From Lachnospiraceae bacterium (GTDB lineage Bacteria; Bacillota; Clostridia; Lachnospirales; Lachnospiraceae), in contig SFEV01000007.1 of assembly GCA_004557975.1 (NCBI GenBank), positions 2,514 to 66,513 on the forward strand: a stretch of 64,000 nucleotides of DNA, in the 5' to 3' direction. The position numbers and the translations under genes were made by a program. Shown here in pieces: positions 59,008 to 64,000 of this stretch. The notes under the pieces were generated by a model that did no database searches, was not told the origin of the DNA, and saw nothing but the letters and a program-made list of their open reading frames with translations. The stretch's first letter is position 1; every line of letters begins with the position of its first letter.

Positions 59008-60015
59008 ATGACAATACGGGAAAAGACAGAGGAACAGGAACTCCGTATTTTCAGCAAATATGCAGCCTTCAGCAGGTATTCCAGAGGCAGGGACAGGGAG
59101 GAGGAGCAATGTGATATCCGCACTGTCTATCAGCGCGACCGGGATCGTATCCTGCATTGTAAATCATTTCGGAGGCTGAAACAGAAAACACAGGTGTTCC
59201 TGATTCCGGAGGGCGATCATTACAGGACGAGACTGACACATACACTGGAGGTGTCACAGCTTGCCAGGACCATCGCAAAGGCGCTCCGCCTGAATGAAGA
59301 CCTGGTGGATGCCATTGCGCTGGGACATGACCTGGGGCATACACCCTTCGGCCATGCGGGCGAGCGTGCACTGAATTCTGCGTGTCCCTTTGGTTTTGCA
59401 CATTATGAACAGAGTGTCAGAGTGGTAGAGCTTCTTGAAAAAAAGGGAAAGGGGCTGAATCTGACGTGGGAGGTGCGGGACGGTATCCGGAATCACAGGA
59501 TAGCAGGGAAGCCGCAGACGCTGGAAGGGCAGATTGTCCGCTATTGTGACAAGATCGCGTATCTGAACCACGACATCGATGATGCGGAGCGTGCCGGAAT
59601 TCTCCGGGAGGAGGACATACCGCAGGAGAGCCGCAGGATCATCGGGGACACGACGACAAAACGGCTGAACACGCTGATTCACGATGTTGTGATGAACAGC
59701 GAGGGGCAGGATATGATACGCATGTCGGAGAAGACAGAGGATGCCATGAGAGATCTCCGCGCATTTATGTTCCGCAGAGTTTATCAGAATCCTGTGGCAA
59801 AGCGCGAGGAGGATAAGGCTGTGGCGATGATCTGCAGTCTCTACCGGTTCTATAACAGTCAGCCGGAGCTTCTGCCTCAGGAGTATCAGGAGCTGATGCT
59901 GGAAAAGGGAGAGGCCAGGGAGAGAGTCGTCTGTGACTATATTGCAGGTATGACAGACTCTTACTCGATGAAGAAATACAGGGAGCTGTTTATGCCAAAA
60001 TCATGGCAGATGTAG
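59008..60015 (+). CDS. dgt: deoxyguanosinetriphosphate triphosphohydrolase
   Basis: Motifs YQRDRDRI, FRRLKQKTQV, RTRLTH, HDLGHTPFGHAGE and DYIAGMTD. Confidence 0.93.
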   Translation: MTIREKTEEQELRIFSKYAAFSRYSRGRDREEEQCDIRTVYQRDRDRILHCKSFRRLKQKTQVFLIPEGDHYRTRLTHTLEVSQLARTIAKALRLNEDLVDAIALGHDLGHTPFGHAGERALNSACPFGFAHYEQSVRVVELLEKKGKGLNLTWEVRDGIRNHRIAGKPQTLEGQIVRYCDKIAYLNHDIDDAERAGILREEDIPQESRRIIGDTTTKRLNTLIHDVVMNSEGQDMIRMSEKTEDAMRDLRAFMFRRVYQNPVAKREEDKAVAMICSLYRFYNSQPELLPQEYQELMLEKGEARERVVCDYIAGMTDSYSMKKYRELFMPKSWQM

Positions 60016-60035
60016 GGACAGCTTTGGAGGACAGA

Positions 60036-61796
60036 ATGTTTTACTCAGATGATATTATTGAAGAGGTGCGGTCAAGAAATGACATTGTGGACGTTATTTC
60101 AGGGTATGTGAAGCTGCAGCGAAAAGGCAGCTCCTACTTCGGGCTGTGTCCGTTTCACAATGAAAAATCACCGTCATTTTCCGTGAGCCCATCGAAGCAG
60201 ATGTACTACTGCTTTGGATGCGGTGCAGGGGGAAATGTATTTACCTTCATCATGGAATATGAAAATTATACGTTTCCGGAGACACTGAAGCTGTTGGCGG
60301 ACCGTGCCGGAGTTTCACTGCCTGAGCAGGAGTATTCTGAGGAGGCGAAGCGGCAGCGGGACCGGAAAAGTGCCGTCCTGGAGGTCAACAAGATGGCTGC
60401 AAAGTATTTTTACTATCAGCTCCGCTCACCTCAGGGCGCAAAAGCCATGGAGTATCTGAAAAACAGGCAGCTTGGCGATGAAACCATCAAACGGTTCGGT
60501 CTGGGATATGCAGGCCCCTACAGTGATGCGCTTTACCGGTATCTGAAGAAGCAGGGGGTTTCCGATCAGCTGCTAAAGGAGTCAGGGCTGATGCAGGTCA
60601 ATGAGCGTCAGGGTATGTATGACAAATTCTGGAACCGCGTCATGTTTCCGATCATGGATGTGAACAACAAGGTGATCGGGTTTGGCGGCCGTGTCATGGG
60701 AGACGGTAAACCAAAATATCTGAATTCGCCGGAGACAATTATCTTTGACAAGAGCCGTAATCTTTACGGACTGAATTTTGCACGCACCGCAAAAAAAAGG
60801 TACATGCTGGTGTGTGAAGGCTACATGGATGTGATTTCCATGCACCAGGCGGGATTTACGAACGCTGTGGCTTCACTGGGAACCGCGCTGACCAGCCAGC
60901 ATGCGTCCCTTCTGAAACGGTATACGGATGAAGTGATTCTGACGTATGACAGCGATGAAGCTGGAATCCGCGCGGCACTGCGGGCCATTCCGCTTCTCAA
61001 GGAAGCCGGGGTATCCACGAGGGTTCTCCACATGGAGCCGTACAAGGATCCCGATGAGTTCATCAAGGCACTTGGCACGGAGGCGTTTCAGGACAGGATC
61101 GATCACGCCGAGAACAGTTTTATGTTCGAGGTTTCCGTGATGCAGAAATCCTACGATATGAAAGATCCGGATGCCAAAACACGTTTTTTCCAGGCGGTGG
61201 CATCAAAAATTGCAGGTTTTGAGCTGGAGATCGAGAGGGAAAACTATATTGAAGCTGTGACAGGAAGGTATCAGATTTCCTTTGAGGGACTGCGCAGAAT
61301 GGTCATGAATGTTCTGATGCAGGGCGTTCCGGTGCGGAAGGCTCCTGTGCGGCAGGAGGCACGGCAGGAGAAAGAGGACGGAATCAGGAAATCACAGCGG
61401 CTGATTCTGACGTGGCTGTGCGAGTACCCGAAGCTTTTTGAAACGGTTTCTGCGTATATCAGGCCGGAGGATTTCTCGGACAAGCTGTACCGATCAGTGG
61501 CTTCCATGCTGTATGAGCAGCTGGAGCACGGCCAGCTGAATCCGGCCAGGATAACAAATCATTTTCAGGATCCGGAGCAGCAGCGCACGGTGGCGAAGCT
61601 GTTTAACACGGAGGTGCCGGTTGAGACACCGGAGGAACAGAAGAAAGCAATCAAAGAGACGATACACAAGGTAATGGAGCACGGGATCAAGCAGCGGACC
61701 GCCGCACTTGATCCGACCGATATGGAAGGACTTCAAAAGCTGATTGAATCAAAAAGAAGACTTCAGGAGCTGGAACGGCTGCATATTTCTCTGTAA
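60036..61796 (+). CDS. dnaG: DNA primase
   Basis: Zinc finger CPFH..CFGC; motifs KYLNSPET, EGYMD, YDSDEAG and KDPD. Confidence 0.97.
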   Translation: MFYSDDIIEEVRSRNDIVDVISGYVKLQRKGSSYFGLCPFHNEKSPSFSVSPSKQMYYCFGCGAGGNVFTFIMEYENYTFPETLKLLADRAGVSLPEQEYSEEAKRQRDRKSAVLEVNKMAAKYFYYQLRSPQGAKAMEYLKNRQLGDETIKRFGLGYAGPYSDALYRYLKKQGVSDQLLKESGLMQVNERQGMYDKFWNRVMFPIMDVNNKVIGFGGRVMGDGKPKYLNSPETIIFDKSRNLYGLNFARTAKKRYMLVCEGYMDVISMHQAGFTNAVASLGTALTSQHASLLKRYTDEVILTYDSDEAGIRAALRAIPLLKEAGVSTRVLHMEPYKDPDEFIKALGTEAFQDRIDHAENSFMFEVSVMQKSYDMKDPDAKTRFFQAVASKIAGFELEIERENYIEAVTGRYQISFEGLRRMVMNVLMQGVPVRKAPVRQEARQEKEDGIRKSQRLILTWLCEYPKLFETVSAYIRPEDFSDKLYRSVASMLYEQLEHGQLNPARITNHFQDPEQQRTVAKLFNTEVPVETPEEQKKAIKETIHKVMEHGIKQRTAALDPTDMEGLQKLIESKRRLQELERLHISL

Positions 61797-61889
61797 TGAG
61801 GACAGAATAGATAGCAGGCCACAGAATATCGGGTGGGAGTCTTGTCATGTATCTCCCTCATCCCGATAATGGGAAAGGCAGGGAGACGA

Positions 61890-63020
61890 ATGAGTGCAGA
61901 GACGGTTAACATGGAGGCCAGACTGGATGATTTGCTCAGACTGGCCAGAGAAAAGAAAAATGTCCTGGAATACCGGGAAATATATGAGGTACTGAAACAT
62001 CTTTGCTTTGGAGAACAGCAGTATGAGATGGTGCTGGATTTTCTGGAAGCAAACGGTGTTGATGTGCTAAAACTTGCGCCGGAAGAGCTGCTTCCGGAAA
62101 AAGAGGAGTGCGGGGATATGCCTCAGGATGAGGACGTGCCGGAAGAGATTGTGATGAATGAGCTGCAGGAGACCGATGTGATGGAAGGGATTGCAGTGGA
62201 TGATCCGGTCCGCATGTATCTGAAAGAGATCGGACGGATTCCGCTTCTGTCGACGGAAGAGGAGCTTTATCTTGCAAGACGTATGAACGAAGGCGATGCT
62301 GCGGCGAAGGAACGTCTCGCCCAGGCGAACCTGAGACTGGTGGTGAGCATTGCGAAGCGGTACGCAGGCCGCGGGATGCAGCTTCTCGATCTGATACAGG
62401 AGGGAAACCTCGGTCTGATTCGGGCTGTGGACAAATTTGATTACAGAAAGGGTTACAAGTTCAGCACGTATGCGACATGGTGGATCAGACAGGCAATCAC
62501 ACGCTCTATTGCGGATCAGGCGCGCACCATACGAATTCCGGTTCATATGGTGGAGACGATGAACCGTGTCATCCGCACTTCCAGACAGCTGATGCAGGAA
62601 TCCGGCAGGGAGCCGCGGCCGGAGGAGATCGCGGAAAAACTGGGAATGACGGCCCAGAAAGTCAGCGAAATTCTTCGGTTTTCTCTGGAGCCGATTTCTC
62701 TGGAGACTCCCGTGGGTGAGGAGGATGACAGCCATCTTGGCGACTTTATCCGTGATGAGACGATTCCCGTTCCGGCCGAGGCCGCTGCGTGTACCGTTTT
62801 GAGAGAACAGCTTTTCGACGTGCTCTCTACACTGACGCAGCGGGAACAGCGTGTGCTGAGCCTGAGATTCGGGCTGGATGACGGGAAGGCAAGGACACTG
62901 GAGGAAGTGGGAAAGGAATTTAATGTGACACGTGAACGTATACGGCAGATAGAGGCAAAGGCGCTGCGCAAGCTGCGTCATCCCAGCAGAAGCCGAAAGC
63001 TGAGAGATTATCTTGATTAG
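61890..63020 (+). CDS. sigA: RNA polymerase primary-type sigma factor
   Basis: Motifs [29 protein letters not shown] and [10 protein letters not shown]; downstream of dnaG. Confidence 0.92.
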   Translation: MSAETVNMEARLDDLLRLAREKKNVLEYREIYEVLKHLCFGEQQYEMVLDFLEANGVDVLKLAPEELLPEKEECGDMPQDEDVPEEIVMNELQETDVMEGIAVDDPVRMYLKEIGRIPLLSTEEELYLARRMNEGDAAAKERLAQANLRLVVSIAKRYAGRGMQLLDLIQEGNLGLIRAVDKFDYRKGYKFSTYATWWIRQAITRSIADQARTIRIPVHMVETMNRVIRTSRQLMQESGREPRPEEIAEKLGMTAQKVSEILRFSLEPISLETPVGEEDDSHLGDFIRDETIPVPAEAAACTVLREQLFDVLSTLTQREQRVLSLRFGLDDGKARTLEEVGKEFNVTRERIRQIEAKALRKLRHPSRSRKLRDYLD

Positions 63021-63034
63021 AGGGGAGTTATTAT

Positions 63035-63820
63035 ATGCAGATATCAAAACGTCTGAAGGCGGTCGCTGATATGGTAACTCCCGGCTGCAGACTTGCAGAC
63101 ATAGGCACAGATCACGCATACATACCGATCTATCTGGCACAGGCGGAGAAAATCAGCAGTGCCGTGGCAATGGATGTCAACCGGGGACCTCTGGAGCGGG
63201 CACAGGAACATATACACAGTGCGCTTCTGGAGAGTGTGATTGAGACGAGGCTGTCAGACGGCCTTTGTGCCCTGCAGCCGGGGGAGGCGGATGACATTGT
63301 GATTGCCGGAATGGGAGGACCGCTTACCGTCCGTATTCTTCAGGAGGGAGAGTCAAAGCTTCAGAAAGGATGCCGTCTGATTCTTCAGCCTCAGTCAGAT
63401 ATCAGGGAAGTGAGGGCGTACCTGGAAAAGACCGGCTGCAGAATTATCCGGGAAGAGATTGTTTGTGAGGAAGGGAAATTTTATCCGATGATGAAGGCAG
63501 TCGTCGGTGCATTGGAAAAAAAAGACGCTTATGACAGGGAATGTGGAGAAAAAGGCGGAGATAGTGACTGTCAGGATGATCATGAAGCGGGTCTCCGGTA
63601 CGGCGCTCTGCTGATAGAAAGATGTCATCCGGTACTGAGAGAATATCTGCTTCGCGAGCAGATCCTGAACCGGAGGATTCTGGCTTCTCTGGAAGGGCAG
63701 ACGGGAGAGAATGCTGCGGTCCGCAGACAGGAAGTTGTGTACGGGCTGAGAATCATAGAGAATATATTGAAAAAGTATGGAGGACAGGATGAAGACTGGA
63801 AAAATACTGGAGAGACTTGA
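63035..63820 (+). CDS. trmK: tRNA (adenine-22-N1) methyltransferase
   Basis: Motifs ADIGTDHAY, RLSDGL, IAGMGG and LILQP. Confidence 0.92.
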   Translation: MQISKRLKAVADMVTPGCRLADIGTDHAYIPIYLAQAEKISSAVAMDVNRGPLERAQEHIHSALLESVIETRLSDGLCALQPGEADDIVIAGMGGPLTVRILQEGESKLQKGCRLILQPQSDIREVRAYLEKTGCRIIREEIVCEEGKFYPMMKAVVGALEKKDAYDRECGEKGGDSDCQDDHEAGLRYGALLIERCHPVLREYLLREQILNRRILASLEGQTGENAAVRRQEVVYGLRIIENILKKYGGQDEDWKNTGET

Positions 63821-64000
63821 CAAAGAATATCCGCCGCACCATGCGGAAAAATGGGACAATCCGGGACTGCAGGTGGGCAGGAGAGACAGAACGGTCAGAA
63901 AAGTAATGGTGGCGCTCGATGCCACAGACGATGTGATACGTCAATGCGTGGAGTGGGGCGCTGAGCTTCTCGTCACGCATCATCCTCTGCTGATGTCCGG
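63789..64000 (+). CDS. Nif3-like dinuclear metal protein, truncated by the window end
   Basis: ATG at 63789; AEKWDNPGLQVG, VALD and LVTHHP; conserved position after trmK. Confidence 0.9.
   Translation, partial: MKTGKILERLDKEYPPHHAEKWDNPGLQVGRRDRTVRKVMVALDATDDVIRQCVEWGAELLVTHHPLLMS

Noticed and set aside
62067..63140. 357-aa antisense ORF over sigA, and similar long antisense ORFs over the ATP-grasp, dinB, AAA, lysC and glgX genes
   Set aside because: Shadow frames of well-supported genes, with no recognisable motifs
1..64000. tRNA, rRNA, prophage, integrase or transposase genes
   Set aside because: None recognised; nearly all the sequence is accounted for by identifiable CDS

Overview
A 64 kb, mostly core-chromosome segment from a spore-forming clostridial Firmicute. 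Gene content and order look Lachnospiraceae-like, which is an inference. It contains thyA-helD-CHAP-folA, pyrBI, prfC, the conserved asp23-nusB-xseAB-ispA-dxs-tlyA-nadK-argR-recN-spoIVB block (no spo0A follows), and an esterase-esterase-ATP-grasp trio. Next come an apparent deletion scar fusing a BMC-like 5' fragment to half a MATE gene, ZIP-rubrerythrin, coaBC, an orphan NorQ/NorD-like AAA+/vWA pair, Mrp, spoIIR, carbonic anhydrase and typA. A lysine riboswitch precedes dapA-dapB-lysC, followed by a cytoplasmic LRR / DUF2201-vWA / MoxR triad, ilvE, dinB, a MATE, aroK and glgX. The window ends with comEA-RR-HK-GerMN-comEC and dgt-dnaG-sigA-trmK-nif3. I found no rRNA, tRNA, CRISPR array, prophage or transposase. 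The best leads are two client-less AAA+/vWA modules, the ATP-grasp/esterase trio, a 122-bp TIR-bounded palindromic miniature element with a partial second copy, the BMC/MATE chimera under a double-terminator leader, and a hairpin that pairs the putative spoIIR promoter with its own ribosome-binding site. All family calls come from motif recognition by eye; no database searches were run.
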